Shown: positions 13,741 to 27,342 of the stretch, piece by piece
How positions within the stretch are numbered: position 1 is the first letter of the stretch
Layout: every line of letters begins with the position of its first letter
Origin: Paragordius varius
Lineage: Eukaryota > Animalia > Nematomorpha
Direction: 5' to 3'
DNA: 64,000 bases
Assembly: GCA_964247055.1 (NCBI GenBank)
Contig: OZ176051.1
Location: 1,674,001 to 1,738,000, forward strand
Translations under genes and position numbers: made by a program
Notes under the pieces: generated by a model
Told to the model about the DNA's origin: nothing
The model's database searches: none
Seen by the model: the letters and a program-made list of their open reading frames with translations, nothing else

Positions 13741-15006
13741 TAGTATGACATAAATTTTAAATTTATGTTGCGCAATTTTAGTATTTTAGCTTTTTCAAAA
13801 CTAAAAACTTTTAGAAGGGTTAAAAAATTTGGGAAATCTGAACGCAATCTAAAACAAACTTTTAATATTTTGCTATAAATATGTAGTTGTTTGATGTATC
13901 ATGATGATATTTTTTGGAATAATCATTTAACTTTCACAATTAATGTATTTAATAAAAAATGCGCAAATTTTATCATTTTTACTTATAATGAAGTTTTAAA
14001 TTAAAATAACTCTCTTAAATCATCGCAAGAGCCAAATTCAAAAGCACATTGATCCTGATACGTCTTCTTATCAGGATATGTATATATATATATATATATA
14101 TATATTCATGATTTTTTGTGCATCTTATATACAAAAGAGAAACCGTATTTGTGAAACTGCAGCGATTTGTCTTGTAAAATCCGCTTTACAGCTAATAAAC
14201 TATTATATCAAACTATGAGGCTTAATATCGAAGGCTAAAAGTCGAATAGAAATTATTTAAAACAGGAGAAAAATGACAGTTGATTTAATCTACCCCAAAA
14301 TAAAATCGCAAGCAAAAAAATTAATGTTGTGTTAACAAATATTATGGATAGCTAATGATACCCGATTTAAAAATTTAATGTGTTATAAAACAAGGATTTA
14401 TATATCGAGACGTCTAAACTTTTGTCAAATATATAAAAGAAATACCCATAAATTTTTTATAGTAATTTTACTTAATATAACATATATGAACAATATAAAT
14501 TGGCAGCTTATTATATTTTTGAATCCAATATAAAATTTATCTTATTTGTACCTTTTACTATTTTCGCGCCCACAGACATATTTCATATTTCCTTTTTGTT
14601 GAATCCAATCCACACGTAAATTATTATCTTAATATTTTAGTGGCTTATTTTGGAAGGATTGGAAAGATGTATCATTTATTTATGGATTGAAACTATAACC
14701 TTTGTTTATGGCAGCAAAACTATTAGCGTTTATATGGAAACAGTCGTAAAATATTTAGTTTCTTAAGTTTATATTTTTATAAATAATTTCTTCACTATAC
14801 CATTTGATTTAATTTAATACTTGATTTTTATGGCCAAGAGTTTCAATTATATTTTAAATAAGGTTTGTTTTATAATGTTTTATCCTTAAATCAAAGAATA
14901 TTTTACTTTAATGATGTTTCACAACACAAAATGATTTTTGATAAAATTTTAGGTCATTTTTAACTTTCTTGCCTTTATGTTTGGCGCACGTTTGTCACTT
15001 TTCAAG

Positions 15007-16025
15007 TTAAGTGAAAACCGTCTCCCACACCTTTGCAAAAATTATTTTTAGAGCCCTTATTAACCCTTCTCTAGCGTACTTATAAAACTTAATCGGAACA
15101 TTGTCAGGTTCGCATGCCTTACCTGTTGGCATAGTAGCCAAAGAAACCCTGATTTCTTCTTTTGTGGGTACTCCGTCTAGCTCCGGTAGTTCTTCCGGGG
15201 TGAAGGCGTTGTCGATCGTCTTGGCTGGTCTCACGTCATAGAGTTCCTTGTAGAAGTCGGCTAGAAGGCTTGCTTTGATCCCTTTGATGCAGCTTTGCTT
15301 GGGCGTCTTCAGGTTTAGGCCAGCGAATCTTCCGCAGTTTGAATTAATCTCCTTGATGAGGGTCGCAGCTGTCTTCAGGTCGTTATCCTTCATTGATCTA
15401 TTTATGGATACAGATATATTATTGTAATACGAAATTTTTAATTTTTAACTATTTTTGTTATTTTTTTTGATTTTATCCTAAACTGGCTTTGCTCTTCTTT
15501 TGAGGCTGTTTTTTTGTTTATTTTTTTGTGTAACCTATGTTTAACCTTAATGAGTTTAAAAAGTGTGCGCCCACCGCAGTCTGCCCGCGGGGGCGGAGGT
15601 GGGCACATGTCAGTTTCCCTAGTATTAAAATTTAGTTTTAGTGTATCTTTTAATAAGTTAATTTTATCATTCAAATTTTTAAACTTATCCTAATTTTTTA
15701 ACCCTTCGCCTGTATTTTTTTCAAACTGTTTTCTTAATAAAGAATTTTTACCTAAGGCCTGCAAGGAAGGTTTTGCTTTTTGTTTAAAAAATTGTTTTTT
15801 AATCCCGTTAGGCGGGCTACATCCTATACAGCCTATAATTATTTTATGGTCGGTCTTGAAACCACCTTTGGTCTCAACGTCCCTAAATTCAGCCATACTG
15901 GGTTTGCTGGCCAATATTCAGTCGAGTGTTAAAGCTTTCCCGGTAGGATGGAACCAACTCGCTTTCTTTGCAAAGCTTTTCTTAAAGGTGCTTGCAACGT
16001 CTTTTATTTTGTATTTCAAACATTT
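15007..16025 (-). pseudogene. LINE ORF2 fragment: C-terminus of APE endonuclease, linker and start of RT
   Basis: Minus-strand translation across stops gives KASWFHPTGKALTLD*IL and TDHKIIIG (APE end motifs), then PTKEEIRVSLATMPTGKACEPDNVPIKFYKY...LKIIFAKVW (RT N-terminal region). Confidence 0.8.
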
Positions 16026-16149
16026 ATAATGCCTTCTTTGTGGATCTGTTTGTCCCGATGTTATGGTTTCCAATAACCTTACTGTAGCCTGTAATTTCTT
16101 TTCCAATCTCACAGTTAAAGTTGCTGATGACTGTTGAAGATAAGTGGAA

Positions 16150-17120
16150 GTGTGTTTGAAAAACGGGATGAACGATGTTGCCAGCACTTTTAAAAAAGTT
16201 TCAAGAAGAAAGTCAGGTGGTTTTATGCAAATGGGAAAGCTTTTACACTTTATCGGATACTGGCCACCACACCTTGCATTGCTGGTTTCAGTGACTTTGA
16301 AACCAAGGACACTGATTTTAAGACTGACCATATAATGATAATAGGCTGGATAGACTGTAACGGGCATAATGAAATTTTATTTTTATAAAAAGCTAAACCT
16401 TCCCTGCAGTCTTTAGGTAAAAATTTATTATTTAGAAAACAATTTGAAAAGAATACAAGCGAAGGGTTAAAATAACTAGATAAGTCTAAAAATCTAATAA
16501 TAAAATTGGTTTAATAAAACAAATACTAAAATCAAATTTCAATACTAGGGGAACCGACATGTGCTCATCTCCGCCCCCGTGGGCAGACTGCGGCTGGCGC
16601 ACACTTTTTAAACTCATTAAGGTTTAACATAGGTTACACAGAAAAATAAACAAAAAAACAGCCTCAAAAGAAGAGCAAAGCCAGTTTAGGATAAAATAAA
16701 AAAAATAAAAAAATTAGTTAAAAAATTAAAAACTTCGTATTACAATAATATATCTAAATCCATAAATAAATCGATGAAGGATAACGACCTGAAGACGGCA
16801 GCGACCCTCATCAAGGAGATCAATTCAAACTGCGGAAGATTCGCTGGCCTAAACCTGAAGACGCCCAAGCAAAGCTGCATCAAAGGGATCAAAGCAAGCC
16901 TTCTAGCCGACTTCTACAAGGAACTCTACGACGCAAGGCCAGCCAAGACGATCGACAACGCTTTGGAAAAACTTCGTGAGCTAAACAAAATGCCCACAAA
17001 AAAGTATTCAGAGTCTCTTATGCCAAATGCAATAAAGCATACTGATCTTATACATTCCGATTGAGCTCTACAAGTGCGCTGAAGAAGGGTTAATAGAGCT
17101 TTAGAGATGATTTTTGTTAA
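16150..17120 (+). pseudogene. Head-to-head diverged copy of the same LINE fragment (local hairpin arm)
   Basis: Reverse-complement homology to 15030-16025, including the MKDNDLKTAATLIKEINSNCGRF ORF at 16774 and a TDHIMIIG motif. Confidence 0.8.
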
Positions 17121-18689
17121 TTTAAGAACCGAGGCATTTGACTATTCACTTTTAATAAAGATTCTATATTAAAATTGTAATTTGGAATAATTTCAATGGC
17201 ATTCTTGGGTAATGACAAATACACAATCTTTAAAAATTAATTTTAATATATAAGATACTTTTAGTAACCGCAGATTAAACTTAAGATTAATTTCCACTTT
17301 GTATCTGATTAAGTTCCAATATCTCTAGCTATAGTTAGCTATCTTCCCTTAAGCAATTTTTAAAAAAGCGTTATTAAAGCAACTTCTTTTTTTGTTACCA
17401 TACATTTATTCATTTTTAAATAGCGTTCTAGTTTTTAGTTAGAATCAAAAAAAGAAATACTATCTTTAAAATAATAAATTATATATTTTCCAAAAAATAA
17501 CTTTGTGGTGCGCATAAACTATTTTTTACTCAATCTTTTGTAGTTTAAATTCATTATATGCGGGAATTTATAACATTTGTGGGTGTCTCTAATTAAAATT
17601 AATAACTATGCTATATATACATAACTATGATAGAAAGAGGAAAAAAATTGGTTTTACCTATTAACTCTTACTATTTACGAAATACATGGCTTATCAATCG
17701 AAGTGGGCTGATATTTTTTAGTTAAACTATTTTTTGGAGAACCTTATTCTCGGCCAAGTTCAAAGCATTTTAAAATAAAAAGATAATTGGCCTACGCTCT
17801 TTTATTGCTTCATGGCATACTTTTTAATATTTATTTATTTCAATATTTTAGCATTCGCCACTTATATTTGAAAGTTTGGGGAGATATATGAGTTATTGAT
17901 AGAAAACCATAAACTTCGTTTATATGGCAAACTTATTAGACTTTGATAGGGCATGAAAACTCATTAGCATTTCATATGGAAGAAATCGTAATATATTTTA
18001 TGTTTTTTAATTTACATAATTTAATTTTAACTGAGTCCCATTTGAGTCAATTTAATATTTGTTCATATTTTGTTATTTGTAATAATTTTTTTTTATTACC
18101 CGATTTTAATTTACAATTGTCCCTTGTTATAATGTTCACCTTAACATTAATTATTGGGCTCTAATTTTCAAGGTCAACAACAAGATAAAATGATAACTTG
18201 TACACTTTGCTAATAGCTAACAAAACCGTGGTTATAATTAGTAGAAAACATTTTTTTATATTGGATAAAAAAATCCCCTTTCCACACTTGATATTTTATA
18301 CAATAAAAATTAATAATCCAGAAGGAATAAATAAATATCGATACTAATTTTGTCAAATATTATGTGTAATTAAAGTAATCAGCTTGGCTTTTTCCATTCT
18401 AAATGTTAATATTTTTGAATCAAAGCTATTATCTTCATGTGGCATGTGTTTTCGTTAAAATAACAAAAAATATAAATTTGACATTTTTTTAAAATGATAT
18501 CTCAAAATTTAAAAAATATATTTTATGATTAAAAGATATAAAACATTAGTGCGCTATTTTACACATGCCTATATATTTTAATTTTTCTAAATTTGGGATT
18601 TGTGAAAGAATCTTTTGTCCGCACGAAATTATTAGACTGGTATATTAGCCACACATTTTGTAAAAATGATAATAATTTATTATTTAGCT

Positions 18690-19011
18690 GAGTTGTGCGA
18701 GCGTACACAGCAGCAGTCTCCTTCCCCCCAGTGTGCATTTAACCCTCTCTATCCTGGGGGAGATAATCACCTCAAACTCACAGTTTTATACTGTTTAATA
18801 GGAACCCACATCCTGCGTAGCCATTGGGTTTGCAAGCACCCAAGAAAAGCTTGAAACCTCTTCCTTTCCTTTCCATCGTCGCCGGGATCCGATGATCCTG
18901 AATGGCTAAGATTTCCAGGGATTGCGTTCTTCCTTCTTCAAAAACTTCCAGAATCCTCTCTGGGCTGTAGAGCCCATTAACGTTTAGGCTTCCAACTTTT
19001 AAAGCTACCAA
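18690..19011 (-). pseudogene. LINE APE endonuclease N-terminal fragment
   Basis: GSLNVNGL...ILAIQDHR...GCGFLL, followed in a shifted frame by SPRI and VYA motifs typical of exonuclease-endonuclease-phosphatase domains of non-LTR elements. Confidence 0.75.
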
Positions 19012-19867
19012 AGAGGTAGTTGCAATAGTTTTACATAGTTTATTACTAATTATAATTATTAATGATATAAAAGGGATTAAAAGAGAAATATAAATGTAGG
19101 GAATTGAACTATAGTTAGATTACTAAATTTATTTATAGAGGTAATTTTAAAAATTAATTAATGACTGGAAAAAGTTTCAGTTGACACCACTTCCTTTATT
19201 AATTACGACAAACAAATTAAATATTCTATATCACGTATTTTATATTGTCTTTACGTTGCGCATAATTTCAACATATCCCAAAAAGTAACTCACTACATGT
19301 ATTGATTCCAATGTTTAGGTCGTCATTTCTGGATTTAAGCCATTTATTTTATTGAATAAGTATCCATCACTTAGTCCTTTCTTTTTAATAACAAACTATA
19401 ACTAAATATCACACCTAATTATATGGAATTTTCTATACAGCAAAACAAAAGATTTCATCTTACAGCTAGTTTTTCAACAAATTACACTACACTTAATAAT
19501 TGGAGTTAATAATTAATTATTTAAATTACCTCTATAATTAAAATTAGTAAAACATTTGAATTAAAATCGCTAATACACAATGCATAATGGTTTTACCTCT
19601 TACTAACTCTGGTTTGATTCTTTAAAATATAATTTTTGTTTAATTATTTTTATGTATAGGTTTATATGCAAATATACCCTTTTAAACCTTTTATTATTTT
19701 AAACCAAATATTAATATTGAAAAAATTTCGCAATTAACTCCTTAACTCTCAAACGAATTATTTTATATGAATGTTTATATGATGTGTATATATAGCTTTT
19801 AATCCCTTTTTTATCTATAATATTTATAATTAACAACAAAATATGTAGCATTATCGCAGATACCTCT

Positions 19868-20125
19868 TTGGTAGTTTTAAAAATAGGAAGCTTAAACGTT
19901 AATGGGCTCTACAGCCCAGAGAGGATTTTGGAACTATTTGAAGAAGGAAGAAAGCAAGCCCTGGAAATCTTAGAGCCATTCTGGATCATCGGATCCCGGC
20001 GACGATGGAAAGGGCCGGAAGAGATTTTAAGCTTTTCTTGGGTGCTTGCAAACCCAATAGATTTGACACAGTTGAGAACTGTGAATTTGAGGCAATTTCC
20101 CCCAGGATACTGACGGGTTGAGGGT
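19868..20125 (+). pseudogene. Second, divergently oriented APE N-terminal fragment (local hairpin arm)
   Basis: MVVLKIGSLNVNGLYSPERILELFEEG. Frameshifted inverted paralogue of 18745-19011. Confidence 0.7.
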
Positions 20126-21498
20126 TTTTGATGAACTTTCCAAACGCTGAGTACAAGCGGAGGTACTAATTTCGGAAAACCATATCTGCTGATTTAATCA
20201 CCTTCAAATTAAGTGTAAAACCATTTCTATATGGATGAAGCTAGCCGATTTAAATCATCGTTTGCTAGTATGTACTTATGGTGCTCCTGGTTTCTAAATT
20301 TTAAATTAATTTTAATTTGAAAGAGATTGAGTGCTTAAATAAACCGCACAACTGCGAAAATGATAAAATTAAAGACTTATTGTATGATAATAACCTCAAA
20401 CCCACTGCGATTGTCATGTATTAAAAAAACAAGTATTTGTCCTCTTCAAATATCAATAAATGTTGTAAAGCAGCACATATTAAATGAACGCCAAATCGAA
20501 TATCGCAAAGCAGAGTAACAAGGAAATTTTTTTGCAACATGTCACATGTGGTGTGAGATGTTGATTTCGTTTATTAACAAGGTTTTCACCTTGTTAAGCC
20601 GGTCTATTAACATTAAAGCGAAATCGCTTCGGCATATGAAACCATTAACACAACGAGCAAATGATTAATGTAAACCCAGGGGTGTCCAACCTTTTTTCCT
20701 CGCAAACTTTTTTAAGAGAAAATTTCACGTGGGCACCTATGAATATTAAGTATTAAAAGATTCATTTATCACTTCAACACGAATGATGCAAACATATATC
20801 TGTATTGCAAAATGGATGACTAGCATATGCTAATTCAAAATAAATATTACGATACTTAATTATCTCTCCGCATAATTGTTTTTCCAGATAGGGATAAGCT
20901 TTTTAATGATTCCATATATGCCTTTTTTTCATTTCAAAACAAATAAAAGCCTGTTTTTAAATTTGTTTGTCATGAAAAGATGTTGTTTTAATGATTTCTG
21001 ACATTTTGCAAGTTGCAATTATGGATTTTTTATTTTTGCTGTATTTCACAATGCAGTGTTTAGCATTTAATAACTTTTTCAATTGATTTTTGATACGCGA
21101 ATATCTGAATTTTAGCGTAGGAAATATTTACTTTTTTAAGCAAAGCCACGGTGGAGTTACATATCAAACAATTACATTTATCAATCAGTATAATAAACAT
21201 TCATTTCTATAACAATATATTTTAGCTTTTTTCTAGCTTAAATTTTAAATCATACTATAATATAAGTTTAAAGGGTACCTGCATCTTTTTTTTAAACTAT
21301 TTCATAAGGAAATTACAAGTGATTTCGAATAAAATTTACATATGATTAAATAAATATATTAAAATAATGAATTAACTGAGTTAAATATAAATTGTTGTTA
21401 ACAAGTAAGTTTTTTTAAACATGAAAATAAATAAATTATACTTTTGTGGAAATAAACTCTTTGCAATAATTTTTTTAAATTTTTTTTAAAATTTTCAG

Positions 21499-21805
21499 GC
21501 GGTCACGTTTTTGAATCTCGTGATCACGAAGTCAACCATTTGGCTATCCCTGGTGCAAACCATAAGACACGTTATGATCGTTTCGATGGGGAATTCTCCA
21601 GCATCGACTGTTTTTTTCTTTCCTAACTCTTTTCATCAACAGCACACACTCTCAGAGAGCATCACCCTTATTCCGAAGACGTTCACAATCTGTTTTCTGA
21701 CATAACTTTATATATTATCTAAGAGATGGGCGAGAAGTATAGAAGTTTATCCACAAAATTTAATAAAATAAATAATTTGTTTATTGTATTTGGGAGAGAA
21801 AGTTA
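21499..21805 (+). pseudogene. Decayed exon of an unidentified gene (left copy)
   Basis: GC-richer island after a strong acceptor (TTTTCAG|GC). Frame GGHVFESRDHEVNHLAIPGANHKTRYDRFDGEFSSIDCFFLS*LFSS carries a stop and a deletion relative to the right copy. Confidence 0.5.
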
Positions 21806-23639
21806 ATATTTTCTACAAATTTTTCAAAACTCATCTAATGCCCTTTAAACAAATATAAAATTCAACGTTTCTTATTTTAATTAAACTCATGTATTTTTTA
21901 TATGCAATTTTGAATCTTAGCATAATTATTCGTGAAAAAATTTAATTTTATAGTGCACCAATTTTGAACGTTTAGCTTATAATTAAGATTTAAAGTTATT
22001 CAGATTTAAACTATAATATAATTTTCTGCTCTTGCTGCGTACATTAACTTGTTTATAAAATAATTATTTTTTGTGTTAACTCAAAAAAATTTTCATCAAT
22101 AACGTATATAGCTCCATAACATCCATAGGTATTAAAATAGATTTATTTAGTATTTTACAGAATATTTTTTAAAAAAAGACACCCATATTTTTTTAACATT
22201 TTTGGCAATATAAACTATTTAATTACAATTTTGATTTATATAATTGAATGTTTTAACAATTAACTCTTCTGCAAGCTAAAATGATGAGATATTAAATCAA
22301 GGTTAAAGATATTGTCGTTTTTGTAAAAAATATATATTATTTAATCTTATATTTTTCATTGTATATTAGAAAGTTTGGTTAGATCCAACAATACTAATTT
22401 TAAATTTTATCAATTGCATGCTGTAAATGAAGTAAAACTCCAAGAAGACGAGGAATGTTGCTTTTTCCATATTCAACTATAATAATAAATTAATTTTTTA
22501 TATGTTTGAATTTCTACCTTACAATTCACATGTAATTGATCAGTAAAAGTGTATTTTTACTCGCTAAGAAGTGTATGTTTTAACACTTGAATTGATTTTA
22601 TTTTCATCTCATCAAAACTTAATTGTACGTTAAAGACCCTTTTTAGCTTCTCTGTTTGCTTAAAAAAAATTATACTATCTTAAAAATTTTTTTAAATTTT
22701 GTTGAGGCAACAAAAATACTATATTGTGGCATGAGAGAAATAGCATAAAAAATTTTTAAGTTAATAGAAAAGCATTTTTCTATATAATTCGATATGGCTG
22801 AACATTTCCATTAATTGAAAAAGATGTTTAAATTTGGTGAATATTAGTGAATAATTTGTATAAAACATATATGACGAACGAGACAATATAAATGATCAAA
22901 ATCATTGAATATAAAAATGATGTTTTTATAATATCTTAAAAAGCTTAGTTTCTATCATACCTCAAAGTAACATGAAGTACGTTTTACTCGCTAAGAAGTG
23001 TAGGTTTCAACACGATTTTATTTTAAGTTTTTCATCTCATCATAGCTTAATTCTAGGTTAAAGACTTTTTTTAGCTTCCCTGTTGGCTCTCTTTTTAATT
23101 CTTTCTTTTAAAATAATTTAAACACGATTTGCACGGGCTTTTATACTTGTATGAAGTGATGGTTATTAAAATAATTTTCGTGGATAGTTGCTTCAAACTA
23201 AATAAAGCTAGTATTTATAAATAAAAGCAAATGTTAATTTATTGATTTTTTAGTTAACATTTTTGGAATCTGTTCAGCGGGGTTAGTTGATTTATGCTGA
23301 TTATGTCAAAACATTTTACCCAAAAAAGAAAGCTTTGAATCAAGTGAAACGATAATTTTAATTTGGGTTATATTGATAAGAAAGTATTATAATAATAGTA
23401 ACATACTTTAAAGAATGTTAGTTGATTCACATGATTTTTCGCAAATTAATTTTAACTACTGTGTGATTTATAGATTTTTAACAGTAAACAAAGCCTAAAT
23501 TTAAATATCTCAAAAAGTATTGGTTTTGGGTTAATTTTATATGTTTCAATTCGTAATACAACAGGCAAATAAATGTATATTCAGAATGCACAAAAAATAT
23601 TTTGATAAAATATGTATAGTCTGTTGGATTTATATTTCG

Positions 23640-24020
23640 ATTTAAATTATAATATTAAAAAAAATTTGTAAATGGTCTCAAATAAAATTTTATAAATATA
23701 CCGAAATATCTAAATAAAAATCAATTTTTAAAAAAAGTTCCATATCAAACTACTTCGACGCCATTTTTATTTTAAAACATTTTTACAAAATAACTTTATT
23801 ATCACATCTAACCTTGATAAAAACAAAAAAAGTAGATTTTGTATTACCTTTGAATTTAGCTAGTCCACACGTGTCATCTTGAGTAATGTTTTACCTTATT
23901 TATATAATTTTTTATATTTCGATTGGTTAATGTTATATAAGTGCAATGCCATGGTTTCAACGGGGTAATTAACTACCCCAATTCGATCGAAGGACAAAAT
24001 GAATGTGTTGTATCCAAGTG
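23640..24020 (-). mobile_element. piggyBac-like MITE fragment in the palindrome spacer
   Basis: Ends GAATGTGTTGTATCCAAGTG (reverse complement of the CACTTGGATAC end) and contains internal family motifs. Confidence 0.6.
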
Positions 24021-24099
24021 TTTAAAAAAATGAGGTGTTAGAATTGTTTAGCAGCATCAAATATAGAAAAAGTGTTTAGGAATTTACTACTTGAAAAAT

Positions 24100-25740
24100 C
24101 GAGGACTATAAAAATCTGATCAGGATTATCATGCTTTTTATTTGGGTCATTATGAGCTTAAGAAAGTTATTTACACTTTTCTAGAACTGCTCAATATATC
24201 TAATTGGAAAGATTTGCACACATATTGTCAACTAATCTTTCTAGGTATAATGCTTCATTCCAAAAATATTAAAATATAGCATAATCATATAAAGAGCAAA
24301 TCAATATTTAAATTATAATTTTAGATGTAGGCTCCGAAACTCATTTTTTCACTTTTCTAAAATAGGTTTTTCTTAAAATAAGCGCAATAACGAGAGTAGG
24401 CAATAAAATTTTATATGTACTCTCAAAATTTTTTAAAGGGCCGCAGATATTTATCTTGTCTCAATAACCGTGTACCATATTATAACGATAAAAAAAATCG
24501 CTGTTTGACACATTTGCAGATATTTTTACTAAAAATAAATACCCTTAAAATTTTCTTTTAGGGTGATGTGACGAGATATTTAAAACTTGGACGCAATACA
24601 AATTTAAAAGATACTTTGCCTGTTTTTACACCATCGGTGTGGTATATTACACAATATCCGAAAAAAATATCCTGATGAAAAATATATATATTCTGATAGG
24701 AAAATATCAGGTTTTTAATGGTGCTTTTGGTTTATCCTTTACGAGTTATTAAAGAAAGTTATTTACACTTTTGTTGTAAATGCTTCGTATAAAATTGCAT
24801 CAAATATATTTTTTGGTGAATAAATGCTTTATTTCAAACAATATCACTAAAATATAACATAAAATACATAAAAAAAGCAAAACAATATTTTAAATTTTTA
24901 GATGTGGTTTCTAAAGTCCCAAATTTTTTAGCTCTTTTAAAATAAACTGTTCTCTTAAAATAAACCCAAAAGTACGGTTCATACTATTTTGAGCATGATG
25001 GAAACGTGGTTATGTTATAACATTTTATATATATAATTCGATAATGCTAATTTCTCACTCGGATTTTTGATTAAAATATTCGTTTGCTTTTCAAATTTAT
25101 GTCAAATAAAAATTGAGTTTTTTCACAAAAATTCACCAAAATTTGCAAGCAAACAAACCTTTAAATTAAAATTCTGAATGTTCAACATCATCGAATTAGC
25201 GGAAAATTGATTTGATTATCTTAAAGCGTTATACCGTTTCCATCATGCTTCAAAACAGTTTGAAGTACGCTTCAACAAAATATCTCAAATTTATTTATGC
25301 AAAAAAATAAGATAACTAATAAAAATTAAAGTTTGGGAAAATAATTAGGAAATATCATACCTCCCACAACTCTTAATACGAAAACAGATTATTTTAAATT
25401 CATAGGCCATATATAATAAATTTTAAATTTTCCTATATAATTTTCCGTTTAATAATTTTAACAAAAATAAACTTTCTAAACTAACAAACATTTATAAAAA
25501 TATCCTAAATTATTTTGTTAATTTTAAATTTTGAGGCCCCTCTTTTTTCAAAAGCCCTGAGTGAAAGAGCCATTAGCCTGCCGGGATTTATAGTTTCGCC
25601 ACTGCGCGAAAGGATGCTATCCTAGGTTTTATGTATAATTCGAGCAGATAATAAAATATTAACCAACTAAAAATAGGTCAATCTTTAGTTTTGTAACTCA
25701 AAATGCATTTCTTTACAAATAATGAGGTTATTTTTACAGA
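24100..25740. repeat. Family X repeat patchwork in the palindrome spacer
   Basis: Two tandem diverged subunits (starting ~24110 and ~24700) plus pieces matching 11330-11480 and 41850-42130 in mixed orientation. Confidence 0.5.
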
Positions 25741-25748
25741 GGGTACTA

Positions 25749-25929
25749 CAGTAGCATATGCAGTAAAAGATTGTTAGTGCAAAATAATCTTAATGAACAC
25801 AAAACAGGGGGATATTATGGATATGTTTATAAATAGGACTGAATGATAATTAATATATGAAAATTGTCCCCCTGTTTTGTGTTCATTAAGATTATTTTGC
25901 ACTAACAATCTTTACTGCATACGCTACTG
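25749..25929. mobile_element. Tc1/mariner-like MITE, 181 bp, with ~65 bp TIRs and TA target duplication
   Basis: TA|CAGTAGCATATGCAGTAAAAGATTGTTAGTGC...GCACTAACAATCTTTACTGCATACGCTACTG|TA. Confidence 0.75.
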
Positions 25930-27342
25930 TATATTAAATTATAAAATAATTTTTTTGAATAAATAAAAGGTAATTATTGTATATTTAAAAATAAATTTTT
26001 TTTTTCGAAAAGCAGTACAAAAGGGAGCACAATACAGGCGCAGTTTTTTTCTGAAAACCCAGTAATGTACTGCGAAAAACAGCCTATTTGATAATATTAT
26101 TTTAGGGCTATAAGCGGCCCGTGAGCCAAGGTTTGAGTACTACAGTAGATTATGGCAAAAAAAACATATTTTTGAAAAAATGCATACTTTGTTCAAAAAT
26201 TTAATTTTTAGCATAATTTTGCTGAAGCGTACTTCATGTTATGAGGCATGATAGAAACTAAGCTTTTTAAGATATTATAAAACCATCATTTTTATATTTA
26301 ATGATTTTGATCATTTATATTGCCTCGTTCGTCATATATGTTTTATACAAATTATTCACTAATATTCACCAAAATTAAACATAAATTTCAATTAATGGAA
26401 ATGTTCAGCCTCATCGAATTATATAGAAAAATGCTTTTCTATTAACTTAAAAGGTTTTTATGCTATTTCTCTCATGCCAGAATATAGTATTTTTGTTGCC
26501 TCAACAAAATATTGCTAAAATTAAATTTTAAGAGAGTATGAATTTTTTTTAAGCAAACAGGGAAGCTAAAAAAAGTCTTTAACCTACAATTAAGCTATGA
26601 TGAGATGAAAATAAAATCAATTCAAGTGTTGAAACCTACACTTCTTAGCGAGTAAAAATACACTTTTACTGATCAATGTGAATTTTAAGGTAGAAATTCA
26701 AACATATAAAAAATTAATTTATTATTATAGTTAAATATGGAAAAAGCAACATTCCTCGTCTTCTTGGAGTTTTACTTCATTTACAGCATGCAATTGATAA
26801 AATTTATATATAATTAGTATTGTTGGATCTAACCAAACAAATTATCATTAATACACAGCGTCTTATTTATGTTGACCCAACTTTCTAATATATAATGAAA
26901 AATATAAGGTAAAATATTATATATTTTTTACAAAGACAATATTGCGAAAAATGTTAAAAAAATATGGTTGTCTTTTTTTTAAAAAATATTAACTGTAAAA
27001 TACTAAATACAAATCTATTTTAATACCTATGGATGTTATGGAGCTATAAAAGTTATTGATGAAAAATTTTTTGAGTTAACACATAAAAAATAATATTTTT
27101 ATAAACAATATAAAGTACGCTGCAAGAGCAGAAAATTATATTATAGTTTGCGAATCTGGATAATTTTAAATCTTAATTATAAGCTAAATAAAACGTTCAA
27201 AATTGCTGAACTCTAAAATTATATTTTAACACGAATAATTATGCTAAGATTCAATACATGAGTTTTATTAAATTGAGAAACGTTGAATTATTTATTTTGT
27301 TCAAAGGGCATTAGATGAGTTTTGAAAAAATTGTAGAAAATA

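Larger units (their letters stand above)
10350..22985. repeat. Left arm of a ~32 kb inverted segmental duplication
   Basis: Collinear reverse-complement matches to 26225-42260, e.g. 17943-18164 vs 31346-31567, 18778-19011 vs 30499-30732, 21499-21805 vs 27343-27677, 12474-12720 vs 37330-37580. Best supported from 12474 inward; the outer ~2 kb overlaps dispersed repeats. Confidence 0.9.

Noticed and set aside
15918-16367. 149-aa ORF present identically twice (also 33168-33617) as a possible novel gene
   Set aside because: It runs across the centre of a LINE-fragment hairpin. Its C-terminus is APE endonuclease sequence and its N-terminus is the antisense of the opposite half. Identity reflects DNA duplication, not evident protein constraint.
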